Of a DNA stretch of 64,000 bases, positions 20,263-28,535 are shown one piece after another. The stretch is from Brevinematales bacterium (GTDB taxonomy: Bacteria; Spirochaetota; Brevinematia; Brevinematales; JAOACQ01). The stretch is taken from contig JBBFLL010000006.1 of assembly GCA_037479045.1 (NCBI GenBank), positions 35,832-99,831 of the forward strand. The letters are read 5' to 3'. The notes under the pieces were generated by a model, which saw only the letters and a program-made list of their open reading frames with translations, did no database searches and was not told the DNA's origin. The position numbers were made by a program, and so were the translations under genes. Position 1 is the stretch's first letter. The number at the start of each line of letters is the position of its first letter.

Positions 20263-20780
20263 CTTTCTTTAACCTCAGAACGAACATTATCAAGAGTTAT
20301 TTCTTTAAGCTCTGTATCAGCATTAAGGTTATATCCCTTCACATAAGAATTGTTTCTCCAGAGAGTGACGATTTGATTTGATTCTGAAAAGAATCTCTTT
20401 TTTTGGTTGTCCCAGTAGATTTTATTTGCTTCAAGAAGTGCCTTGTTTTCTGAATATATTTTTACATTTCCTTCGGCAAAAACATTCATTGTAGAAATAT
20501 TTATAAAACCCTTGTTTGCAGACAGAAATGACTTTATATTTCCATCGGGATGGTAAAATTTAATACTGAAATTTTCAAGCAAAATTTCATTTCTATTGTT
20601 ATAGCTTTTTGCAATATTTGCAAACAATTCCCACTCTTTTATACCTCTTTTATCAGATGAAATATACTTAAAATCACTTAAAACCTGATCTGGATAGTCT
20701 CTTGTCCTTAAAGAACCACTTTTGAAATTTACACCACAGGAGAAGATTATTAGTAATAAAAAGTATAAAATTTTTCTCAA
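20259..20780 (-). CDS. LptC-like lipoprotein
   Basis: I start it at TTG 20780, which lies 6 nt after AAGGAG. That gives MRKILYFLLLIIFSCG with a lipobox. The LptC call rests on size, beta-rich sequence and position upstream of the LptA-like gene. Confidence 0.5.
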   Translation of the reverse strand: MRKILYFLLLIIFSCGVNFKSGSLRTRDYPDQVLSDFKYISSDKRGIKEWELFANIAKSYNNRNEILLENFSIKFYHPDGNIKSFLSANKGFINISTMNVFAEGNVKIYSENKALLEANKIYWDNQKKRFFSESNQIVTLWRNNSYVKGYNLNADTELKEITLDNVRSEVKER

Positions 20781-20858
20781 AATTTTCTCCTTAAATAGTA
20801 GTAATTTTTTTACTCTTATTGTATTATATTTATGAAATAATTGCAAATAAATTTGTTT

Positions 20859-21539
20859 ATGAATGAAATTTTAATAAAGAAAATCCTCACAATTTCGGAA
20901 AACAACGATGTAAATTCGGCAATCGAACTTCAAAAAGATATGCTTGATTACATACAATTTAAAGGAAAACTCAAGGCTTTAAAAACAATTGCTGGAGTTG
21001 ATATTTCTTATAGTATGAATACTGGCTTTTGTGCAATAGTCGTAATAGGATTTGATGACTATGAAATAAAACAGGTTGTTTGTGAAAAAAAAGAGATTGC
21101 TTTTCCATACATACCGGGTTTATTATTTTTCAGGGAATTTCCAGTTTTTTATGACGCATTTAAAAAATTGACTAAAATTCCAGACATAATAATGTTTGAT
21201 GGACATGGCTTATCACACCCCAGAATGATGGGCATCGCTACAATGTCTGGCATTGTTCTTGACATACCAACAATAGGCTGTGCAAAAAGTCCACTCTATG
21301 GAGATTATAAAGAACCAGATAATAAAAAATTTTCTTTCTCTATCCTTACAAACAAGGGAAGAAAAGTTGGCTATGTCCTTCGTTCAAAAGAAAAATGTAA
21401 ACCAATTTACATCTCAAGTGGATATAAAATTTCGCCTGAATCTGCCCTTGAAATTACAAAAGAATTGATAACAAAATATAGATTACCATTACCCACCTAT
21501 TATGCCCACAAATATGCAACCAACTTCAGAAATGAATGA
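20859..21539 (+). CDS. nfi: endonuclease V
   Basis: Motifs AGVDISY, PYIPGLLFFRE, FDGHGLSHPR and GCAKS. I prefer ATG 20859 over TTG 20841. Confidence 0.85.
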   Translation: MNEILIKKILTISENNDVNSAIELQKDMLDYIQFKGKLKALKTIAGVDISYSMNTGFCAIVVIGFDDYEIKQVVCEKKEIAFPYIPGLLFFREFPVFYDAFKKLTKIPDIIMFDGHGLSHPRMMGIATMSGIVLDIPTIGCAKSPLYGDYKEPDNKKFSFSILTNKGRKVGYVLRSKEKCKPIYISSGYKISPESALEITKELITKYRLPLPTYYAHKYATNFRNE

Positions 21540-22482
21540 ATGATTTGTATTTTATGTTCGTAAGATCAAACTCTTTATCTTTATAGAATATTTTATAATC
21601 TTTATCAAGAATTTTTCCAATCATAGTTATATCTTTATCTTTTATAATATCTGGAGAAGTAAATATTATCTCATAGTCTTCACCACCAGAAATAGCTTTT
21701 AATATATAGTCCATTTCTCTATCTTTCAAACTATCACCAATCTTATCTTTTGATAAGGGAACTTTATCCAAAAATAGCTCAAAACCACATTTACTTTCTT
21801 CTGCAATATGAATAAGATCACCAAGCATACCATCACTTACATCAATCGCCGAGTTAACTACATATTTATTAACAATTTTACTCATCAAGTTAACTTTTGG
21901 CTCTGGATCAAGATGCCTCTTGACAAAATAATTTTCATCTTTAAAAGAAAGTTCTTTCTCACCAAGTAAAATAGAAAGTCCAAAAAAACTATCCCCTATG
22001 CTACCAGTTACATATATGTAATCATGAGGTTTAGCACCACTCCTTAAAATTGGATTTTTCATCGTTTTACCGATGAGAGTAATTGAAACAAAAAAATTGT
22101 CCGAAGCAACGCAATCCCCTCCAATAAGACGAATTTTGTATAAATCTGACATTTCTTTAAGACCAAGAAGAAATTTTTCAATAAAAACATCTTCCATATA
22201 AGCTGGAATGCCGAGCGTCAGTAAAAAATATAGTGGCTCTCCCCCCATTGCGGCAATATCGCTTATGTTTACAGCCAGAGATTTTCTACCAAGTAAAAAA
22301 AAGTCTGTCTTCTCAAATATGAAATGTTTGTTTTCAACTAAGGCATCGGTAGTAAAAAGCAAATTTTTGTTTGCTCCTGCAAGAAAAGCACAGTCATCGC
22401 CTATTCCAATAACATTTTTATCTTCAAACTTAAAATCTTCTTTTATCTTTTGTATAAGGGAAAATTCGCTATATTTTTTCAT
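21526..22482 (-). CDS. thiL: thiamine-monophosphate kinase
   Basis: AIR-synthase-like fold with the ThiL motif GIGDDCAFL and DISDG-type motifs. Length is 318 aa. Confidence 0.85.
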   Translation of the reverse strand: MKKYSEFSLIQKIKEDFKFEDKNVIGIGDDCAFLAGANKNLLFTTDALVENKHFIFEKTDFFLLGRKSLAVNISDIAAMGGEPLYFLLTLGIPAYMEDVFIEKFLLGLKEMSDLYKIRLIGGDCVASDNFFVSITLIGKTMKNPILRSGAKPHDYIYVTGSIGDSFFGLSILLGEKELSFKDENYFVKRHLDPEPKVNLMSKIVNKYVVNSAIDVSDGMLGDLIHIAEESKCGFELFLDKVPLSKDKIGDSLKDREMDYILKAISGGEDYEIIFTSPDIIKDKDITMIGKILDKDYKIFYKDKEFDLTNIKYKSFIHF

Positions 22483-23213
22483 TCAGACTTTCCTATCAAG
22501 TAATCATGGAGTCTTCTGATATTTTCATTTTTACCAATAATAATCAATATATCATTTTCACTCAAAGGTTCATTTGGATCTGGAACTTCATTTATTTCAT
22601 ATTCATTCAAAGCCCTGAATTCTTCATCAAGTTTTTCAGTCAACCTTTTAACTGCAATCACGTTAATTTTAAAATTCTTTCTGAAGTCAAGCTCACTCAA
22701 AGTTTTTCCATCAATCTTTCCAGTAACTTTAAGTTCAACAATTGCATGACTTTTTGAAATTTCTTCATATGAAATAAGATAACCACCACTCCCAGCAAGT
22801 TTCTTTGCGACCTTTCTTGCTGTTTCTACTTCTGGCTGAATAACTTCCGTAACTCCAATCATCCTCAAAATTTCTGTATGCTCAATTGTATTGGCTCTTG
22901 CATAAACCCTTGGAACTCTCAATTTTTTTAAAAGCAATGTGGTCAAAATACTTGCTATCATATCAGTTCCCATACACACAATAGCACAATCAACACTTTC
23001 TACCCCGATATTCCTTAATGCATCTTCATTCGTAGAATCTGCATAATAAATATTCAATAATTTGTCCTTAAGTCTATCAACATTCTCTTTGTTATTATCA
23101 ATTGCAATCACCTCAACCCCTTCTTCAACTAAAGAAAGTGCAACATTCGTTCCAAAAGTCCCAAGCCCGATAACCAAAAATTGCTTATTCTTCTCAACTA
23201 CCTCAAATGCCAT
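22479..23213 (-). CDS. trkA: TrkA/KtrA-type potassium uptake regulatory protein (RCK N and C domains)
   Basis: Motif VIGLGTFG, followed by a TrkA-C domain. ATG 23213 lies 4 nt after GAGGG. ATG 23231 would sit at the predicted transcription start. Confidence 0.8.
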   Translation of the reverse strand: MAFEVVEKNKQFLVIGLGTFGTNVALSLVEEGVEVIAIDNNKENVDRLKDKLLNIYYADSTNEDALRNIGVESVDCAIVCMGTDMIASILTTLLLKKLRVPRVYARANTIEHTEILRMIGVTEVIQPEVETARKVAKKLAGSGGYLISYEEISKSHAIVELKVTGKIDGKTLSELDFRKNFKINVIAVKRLTEKLDEEFRALNEYEINEVPDPNEPLSENDILIIIGKNENIRRLHDYLIGKSE

Positions 23214-23234
23214 AAAACCCTCTTTTAGCATTAT

Positions 23235-23262
23235 ATTATAAGTAATTATTTTTTTTTATCAA
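23235..23262 (-). promoter_or_regulatory. sigma70-like promoter of trkA (TTGATA-N16-TATAAT)
   Basis: The hexamers read on the minus strand at 23257-23262 and 23235-23240. Chance matches are common in AT-rich DNA. Confidence 0.4.
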
Positions 23263-23742
23263 GAAAATTGTAATTAAAAAACTTAATTTTGTAATGACAC
23301 CAAAACCTCAAACGCTTTTAAGTTTCCTTTATTTGCCTCTTTGATTAACTCTCTTTTTTCCATCAAATTTCCTTTTCTCATTCCTTACATTATATTATAG
23401 TAAAGGAGGAATAGAAAAGTTACAGAAAGAGAAAATATTTACTCCTTTCTTGACTTTTCTCAATTTTTTAATTATCATTTGTATATTAGTGCAAATAAAC
23501 AACAATTTTAAAGTTGAAAGTTTGTAAAGTCATAAAGTTTTCTGTAAGGAAAATTTATTTTTAAAGCCTAACTTGGGTTATTTATTTTAATTAGGTTGTG
23601 GCTATCCAAAAAGTCAGTTTTAAGGGATTGTTTCGTCCTTAACGATCCCCGCAATGACACAAAGCCTGTAATTGCGAGTCTTGCGAAGCAATCTAAAAAA
23701 AATCATAAATTGACTTTTTGGACAGTCATCTATTAAAGGTAA

Positions 23743-24126
23743 ATGGCGGGTTTTATGAAAGAATATATAAAAAAACTTAAAGTTCTTGGAGATGAAACAA
23801 GGGTAAGAATTTTAAGATTGCTTGCAAGTGTTGATTGGCTTTATGTGTGTGAGATAGTTGAAACTCTTGAACTACCATTTTACAGTATTTCAAGACATCT
23901 TAAAGAACTTGAAAATGCAAATCTTATTGAACAAAAAAGGGAAGGAAAATTTATAAGATATTTTTTGAACAAGAATGAATCTTTCAATAGTAAAATTATT
24001 GATTTGTTAACGTCAATTAAATCAAATAGTTTTGACGTTGACGATGAAAGATTAAAAAAAGTTGTTGCAAATAGAGATTCTTTAAATTGTAAGTTATCAA
24101 GTAAAGATAAAAAGGAGCGTGTATGA
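23743..24126 (+). CDS. ArsR/SmtB family transcriptional regulator
   Basis: LGDETRVRILRLL..CEIVE..ISRHLKELENANLIEQKREGKFIRY is a classical ArsR wHTH. ATG 23755 is an alternative start. Confidence 0.85.
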   Translation: MAGFMKEYIKKLKVLGDETRVRILRLLASVDWLYVCEIVETLELPFYSISRHLKELENANLIEQKREGKFIRYFLNKNESFNSKIIDLLTSIKSNSFDVDDERLKKVVANRDSLNCKLSSKDKKERV

Positions 24127-24353
24127 AGATTCAAATTTTGGGTGGAGGCTGTCCAAACTGCAAAAAGCTTGAAGCAAACGCAAGAGAAGCTATTGCAGCT
24201 TTAGGTATCAATGCTGAAATTGAAAAGATTACTGACATTGACCAGATTATGAGTTTTGGTGTTATGATGACACCAGCTTTAGCTATTGATGGCGTTGTTA
24301 AAAGCTCTGGAAAAGTTTTGTCAAAAGAGCAAATTATAGAACTGTTGAGGTAG
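24123..24353 (+). CDS. small thioredoxin-fold protein (redox-active disulfide protein 2 / TM0996-MTH895 type)
   Basis: 76 aa. MKIQILGGGCPNCKKLE contains CxxC. The start overlaps the arsR stop (ATGA). Confidence 0.8.
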   Translation: MKIQILGGGCPNCKKLEANAREAIAALGINAEIEKITDIDQIMSFGVMMTPALAIDGVVKSSGKVLSKEQIIELLR

Positions 24354-24391
24354 TTTCTATATTCCGTGCCTGCAGCACGGAATATAGAAAC
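24353..24391 (+). repeat. perfect 17-bp inverted repeat (hairpin) in the intercistronic gap
   Basis: gtttctatattccgtgc (24353-24369) pairs with gcacggaatatagaaac (24375-24391) around a 5-nt loop. I checked all 17 base pairs by hand. Only 4 T follow it. Confidence 0.85.
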
Positions 24392-24409
24392 TTTTCAAGG
24401 AGAAACTTT

Positions 24410-25594
24410 ATGTCCACAAAAGAAATTTCACCAAACAGAAAATTAATCTATTTTACAATAATATTTCTTGTGATATATTTTCTACCAGTTGAAAGTGAAA
24501 GGGTTTTAAATGCTATTAAAGAAGCATTTTTTATGCTTTCTGATTATGCTCATAAGCATGTTTTGTTATGCTTGATTCCAGCTTTTTTTATTGCTGGGGC
24601 AATTACTGTGTTTGTTAATCAACAAGCTGTTATAAAATACTTAGGTCCAAAGGCAAACAAATTTTTAAGCTACTCTGTAGCTTCTGTTTCTGGAGCTATC
24701 CTTGCTGTCTGTTCCTGCACAATTTTGCCACTCTTTAAAGGTATTTACAAGAAAGGTGCTGGGCTTGGACCCGCCATTGCTTTTCTCTACTCAGGACCTG
24801 CAATAAATGTGCTTGCCATTGTGCTTTCTGCAAAAGTTCTGGGATTTAAACTTGGTATCGCAAGAACACTTGGAGCTATAATATTTGCCGTTGTTATTGG
24901 ACTACTCATGCATCTTATTTATAGAAAGGAAGATGAAAAAAGACTTTCTGATGAAAGAATGTTTCAAGTTGTAAATGTAGAAATGCCAAGAAAACTCTGG
25001 CAGGATGTTATCTATATGGCTTTAATGATTGGTATACTTGTGTTTTTAAACTGGGCTCCTTCAAAGGGAAATATAGCTATATGGGACTTCATATATTCAG
25101 CAAAATGGATAATATCAGGTGTTCTCGGTATTGGTTTAATCATTATTCTTGCAATGTGGTTTAAGAAAGACGAACTGAAAAATTGGATTGTTGCAACAAG
25201 GGATTTTGCACTTCAGATTTTGCCACTACTTTTTGCTGGAATACTTATAGCTGGCTTTTTGCTTGGTAGGCCCGGCTATGAAGCATTAATTCCAAATGAA
25301 TGGGTGGCAAAACTTGTTGGAGGTAATTCACTTCTGGCAAACTTTTTTGCCTCATTTTCTGGGGCATTAATGTATTTTGCCACATTGACAGAAATACCGA
25401 TTCTGCAGGGGCTAATTGGTTCTGGAATGGGACAGGGACCTGCACTTGCCCTACTTTTAGCTGGCCCATCTTTATCACTTCCTTCTATTCTTGTGATAGC
25501 AGGTGAATTAGGCTGGAAAAAGACATTGACTTATGTTGGGCTTGTTGTTGTAATGTCAACACTTGCCGGATGGTTGTTTGGAATGTGGGTGTAA
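24410..25594 (+). CDS. permease of the ArsP/DUF318-like family (two-repeat polytopic membrane protein)
   Basis: 394 aa with roughly 10 TM segments and a conserved cysteine context AVCSCTILPLF. It is downstream of ArsR and the thioredoxin-fold gene. RBS AAGGAG is present. Confidence 0.65.
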   Translation: MSTKEISPNRKLIYFTIIFLVIYFLPVESERVLNAIKEAFFMLSDYAHKHVLLCLIPAFFIAGAITVFVNQQAVIKYLGPKANKFLSYSVASVSGAILAVCSCTILPLFKGIYKKGAGLGPAIAFLYSGPAINVLAIVLSAKVLGFKLGIARTLGAIIFAVVIGLLMHLIYRKEDEKRLSDERMFQVVNVEMPRKLWQDVIYMALMIGILVFLNWAPSKGNIAIWDFIYSAKWIISGVLGIGLIIILAMWFKKDELKNWIVATRDFALQILPLLFAGILIAGFLLGRPGYEALIPNEWVAKLVGGNSLLANFFASFSGALMYFATLTEIPILQGLIGSGMGQGPALALLLAGPSLSLPSILVIAGELGWKKTLTYVGLVVVMSTLAGWLFGMWV

Positions 25595-25638
25595 AGACAA
25601 GAGAATTTTAATTTCTTTAATAAGATAGGAGGTTTATA

Positions 25639-26406
25639 ATGTGTTTCAAAAGTATTGGTTTTGTTGGCGGTGGAAGGATTGTCAGAATAATTTTAGAGGG
25701 GGTAAAAAATAGGAATTTTAACCTTGAAACGATTTCAGTTTATGATTGTAACAAAGAGGCTTTGAATTGTATTTCAGTTGCTTTTCCTAAAGTAGAGACA
25801 GTTGACACTCTTGAAAAACTTGGTGGGAGAGATTTAATTATTCTTGCTATCCATCCACCTGTTATGATGGATACGCTTGTGGCTATAAAACCATTGCTTA
25901 CAGAAAAATCCACAATTCTTTCTCTTGTTCCAAAGATTACTATAGCAAAGATGAAAGAAAAACTTGGTGGTTTTGGTCGTATTGCAAGATGCAACCCAAA
26001 CCTTACTTCGATAATTAACAAGGGTTTCAACCCAATATGCTTTTCCGAAGAGCTTAGTGAAAATGAAAGGAATGCAATACTTTCCTTACTCGACGGTCTT
26101 GGTAAAACTCCGGTGGTTAAAGAAGAAAGCCTTGAAGCATATGCGGTTATTTCTGCAATGTTACCTACTTATTTATGGTTTATGTGGGATGAAATCTGTA
26201 AACTCGGGGTTAACTTTGGGCTTGGGGAGAACGAAGTAAAAGATGTTTTGAAAGAAGTTGTTCCTGCAGCGATAGAGGTTTATCTAAAAGATGGAATGGA
26301 CGCGTATAACCTTATTCCTGCAAGACCACTTAAGGATGACGAGGAAAGCATAAGAAATATTTTTGAGACAAAACTCAAAGGAGTTTATGAAAAACTTAAG
26401 AATTGA
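25639..26406 (+). CDS. pyrroline-5-carboxylate reductase-like NAD(P) oxidoreductase
   Basis: N-terminal Rossmann motif IGFVGGGRI, length 255 aa, strong RBS AGGAGG. The family call comes from overall resemblance only. Confidence 0.5.
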   Translation: MCFKSIGFVGGGRIVRIILEGVKNRNFNLETISVYDCNKEALNCISVAFPKVETVDTLEKLGGRDLIILAIHPPVMMDTLVAIKPLLTEKSTILSLVPKITIAKMKEKLGGFGRIARCNPNLTSIINKGFNPICFSEELSENERNAILSLLDGLGKTPVVKEESLEAYAVISAMLPTYLWFMWDEICKLGVNFGLGENEVKDVLKEVVPAAIEVYLKDGMDAYNLIPARPLKDDEESIRNIFETKLKGVYEKLKN

Positions 26407-26519
26407 CCATAATAATGCTGGTCTCTTTAAATAAATATTACTATGACGGCCGTCAATCTGAGTGCAGCGAAGAGTATGTGTTTATTAAAAAGTATGTAAT
26501 GAAAATAAAGGAGACACAG

Positions 26520-26938
26520 ATGAGATTTTTCGTAAACATTACCCTTGCATTGGGGCTTATATTATTATATTATCAGTCCTTGTATCCTGCACAAAAAAAG
26601 AAAAGCAGGTTTCACAGGAAAAAAATAGTTCTTCTGTATCCTCTGCAAATTACCTTGTGACATTTATAGAACTTGGCTCTGTTCGATGTATTCCCTGCAA
26701 AATGATGCAACCCATTATGGCTGAAATTGAAAAGGAATACGCTGGAAGGGTTAAGGTAGTATTTTACGATGTGTGGACTGAAGCACATGCTCCCTATGCA
26801 GAATTTTATAAAATCAGAGTTATTCCTACACAGATTTTTCTTGATAAGAATGGGAGAGAATATTACCGACATGAAGGTTATTTTCCAAAAGATGAACTTG
26901 TAAAAGTTCTAGAATTAAAGCTAAAGGAAACAAAATAA
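26520..26938 (+). pseudogene. exported thioredoxin-like protein (CIPC active site) with an interrupted reading frame
   Basis: AAGGAG plus ATG 26520 open a signal-peptide ORF (MRFFVNITLALGL..) that stops at 26658-26660. The thioredoxin fold (..LVTFIELGSVRCIPCK..) continues in the -1 frame. That frame is open from 26489 but has no ATG, GTG or TTG before GTG 26657. Confidence 0.6.
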
Positions 26939-27636
26939 TGAATGTTTTAATAAATCTTTTCGATAGCTTTACAAAGTTTTTTCACTCAAATCCACCTATA
27001 GCAATTCTCTCTGCATTTCTGTGGGGAGTTCTGAGTGTTGTATTGAGTCCATGCCACCTTTCAAGCATTCCCCTTGTGATAGGTTATATAAATGGTAGTG
27101 GAAAACTAAAAAGTAGAAGAGCATTCTTTCTTTCATTAATTTTCTCTCTTGGAATACTTATAACCATAGCAGTGATTGGCTTGATAACCGGGCTTTTAGG
27201 TAGAATGCTTGGAGATATAGGAAAGATAGGCAAAATAATTGTAGCTGTAATTCTTGTGCTTGTGGAAATCTGGCTTATGGACTTAATCCCTATTCCACAG
27301 TTCAAAGCAATAACTCCAGATATGAAAGGCAAAGGAACTATTGGTGCTTTTGTACTTGGCTTGATATTTGGACTTGCTTTAGGGCCATGCACATTTGGCT
27401 TTATGATGCCTTTACTCCTTGTTGTTTTTCAAGTTGCACAGAAAAGTCTTTTATATTCATTATCTTTGCTCCTTTCCTTTGCAATTGGACATATAGCTGT
27501 AATAGTACTCGCAGGAACTTTTGTTAACTGGGTTCAGAATTATTTGGACTGGACAAAGAAATCAAAAGGAACTATAATCATAAGAAGGATTTGTGGTATA
27601 CTCATAATACTGACAGGAATATATTTGTTATTCTAA
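26938..27636 (+). CDS. ccdA: CcdA/DsbD-family transmembrane thiol-disulfide electron transporter
   Basis: Two conserved cysteine contexts (LSPCHLSSIPLV and LGPCTFGFMMP), six TM segments. The start overlaps the thioredoxin stop (TAATG). Confidence 0.8.
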   Translation: MNVLINLFDSFTKFFHSNPPIAILSAFLWGVLSVVLSPCHLSSIPLVIGYINGSGKLKSRRAFFLSLIFSLGILITIAVIGLITGLLGRMLGDIGKIGKIIVAVILVLVEIWLMDLIPIPQFKAITPDMKGKGTIGAFVLGLIFGLALGPCTFGFMMPLLLVVFQVAQKSLLYSLSLLLSFAIGHIAVIVLAGTFVNWVQNYLDWTKKSKGTIIIRRICGILIILTGIYLLF

Positions 27637-27664
27637 TCTGCATTTAATTTTTGTAATTTTCTGT

Positions 27665-27703
27665 TAAACTTGCAGGCTGGTTGTTTGGAATGATGGCTTA
27701 AAA
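27665..27703 (+). pseudogene. relic of the last ~10 codons of a second ArsP-like permease gene
   Basis: ..cttgcaggctggttgtttggaatgatggcttaa encodes LAGWLFGMMA*. The intact permease ends LAGWLFGMWV* at 25561-25594. The two are similar at protein level and differ at synonymous sites. Confidence 0.5.
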
Positions 27704-27815
27704 AGTTTTTGATAAAACTTACAAAGAAATGGAGTAAACCAATATATAAAATTTCTTTAAATTTTTATATTCAGCTTTTTATACCAAATAAAGTATATTT
27801 AAAATAAATAATTAA

Positions 27816-28163
27816 CCAATTACCGACACTGGAATAGGTTTTCACAAAAGTTTTGAGAAAAGATTTGGTAAGAAAATTGAACCTATTCTTGCAATTAAAA
27901 AAGCATTACAGGGAAATTACACAACAAAAAGTGGAATTTCTGGTGGACTTGGATTAAAATTATTAGTGGAATTTATAGAGAAAAATAATGGCAAATTTCA
28001 AATTATAAGCTATAATGCATTTTTTGAAAAAAGTGTAAATAGTGAAATAGAAAGAAATTTTCAAGGAATTTTCCCGGGAACAATAGTAAATTTACAATTT
28101 AGGACTGATGTTCAATCAACATATATGCTGCCAAATGAAATGCCGATTGAAGAACTTTTTTAA
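27816..28163 (+). pseudogene. 5'-truncated GHKL (histidine-kinase-like) ATPase gene
   Basis: The frame is open from 27816 (stop at 27813-27815) and encodes ITDTGIGF (G1 box) ... SGGLGLKLL (G2 box) ... GTIVNLQF. There is no N-box region, and no start codon before GTG 27966. Confidence 0.6.
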
Positions 28164-28175
28164 AAGGGTAAGGTT

Positions 28176-28535
28176 ATGGAAAATATTAAAATCTACGTTG
28201 CAAACATTACAGGAAATAATATCTGTGCAGAATCTGAAGATGGACAAAAAGTTTACGAAAACATAAAGAAAGTACTTGAAGAGAATAAGAAAATCTCTAT
28301 TTCATTCAAAAATATAGAGATTATCACATCAGCCTTTTTAAACACAGCGATAGGTCAGCTTCTTAAAGATTTTTCCAGAGAAGAACTCAAAGAAAAAGTT
28401 TCTTTTGAAGACATTGATAATGGTGATAAGTCTCTATTAAAAAGAGTTATAGATACTGCTGAATTATACTACAAAAATCCAGAGAAAATTAAAGAAAGTT
28501 TAAAAGATGTTCTTGGAGAAGAAATTGAAAAATAG
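28176..28535 (+). CDS. STAS-like (DUF4325-type) small protein
   Basis: 119 aa. The ..ISFKNIEIITSAFLNTAIGQL.. pattern recalls STAS-like DUF4325 proteins, which usually follow a GHKL ATPase gene. It starts 12 nt after the ATPase fragment. Confidence 0.55.
   Translation: MENIKIYVANITGNNICAESEDGQKVYENIKKVLEENKKISISFKNIEIITSAFLNTAIGQLLKDFSREELKEKVSFEDIDNGDKSLLKRVIDTAELYYKNPEKIKESLKDVLGEEIEK

Noticed and set aside
23283-23381. 32-aa minus-strand mini-ORF MRKGNLMEKRELIKEANKGNLKAFEVLVSLQN, which resembles the N-terminus of ECF/sigma-70 family factors (..LI..A..G...AF..L).
   Set aside because: It is too short and too low in information to call a sigma-factor relic. No continuing homology is possible in the 50 nt before trkA. 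I keep it only as a hint that this intergenic region may contain decayed genes.
26403-26660. 85-aa ORF from the track, treated as an independent gene.
   Set aside because: Only the part from ATG 26520 has an RBS, and it looks like a signal peptide. I reinterpret it as the N-terminal portion of the frame-interrupted thioredoxin gene.
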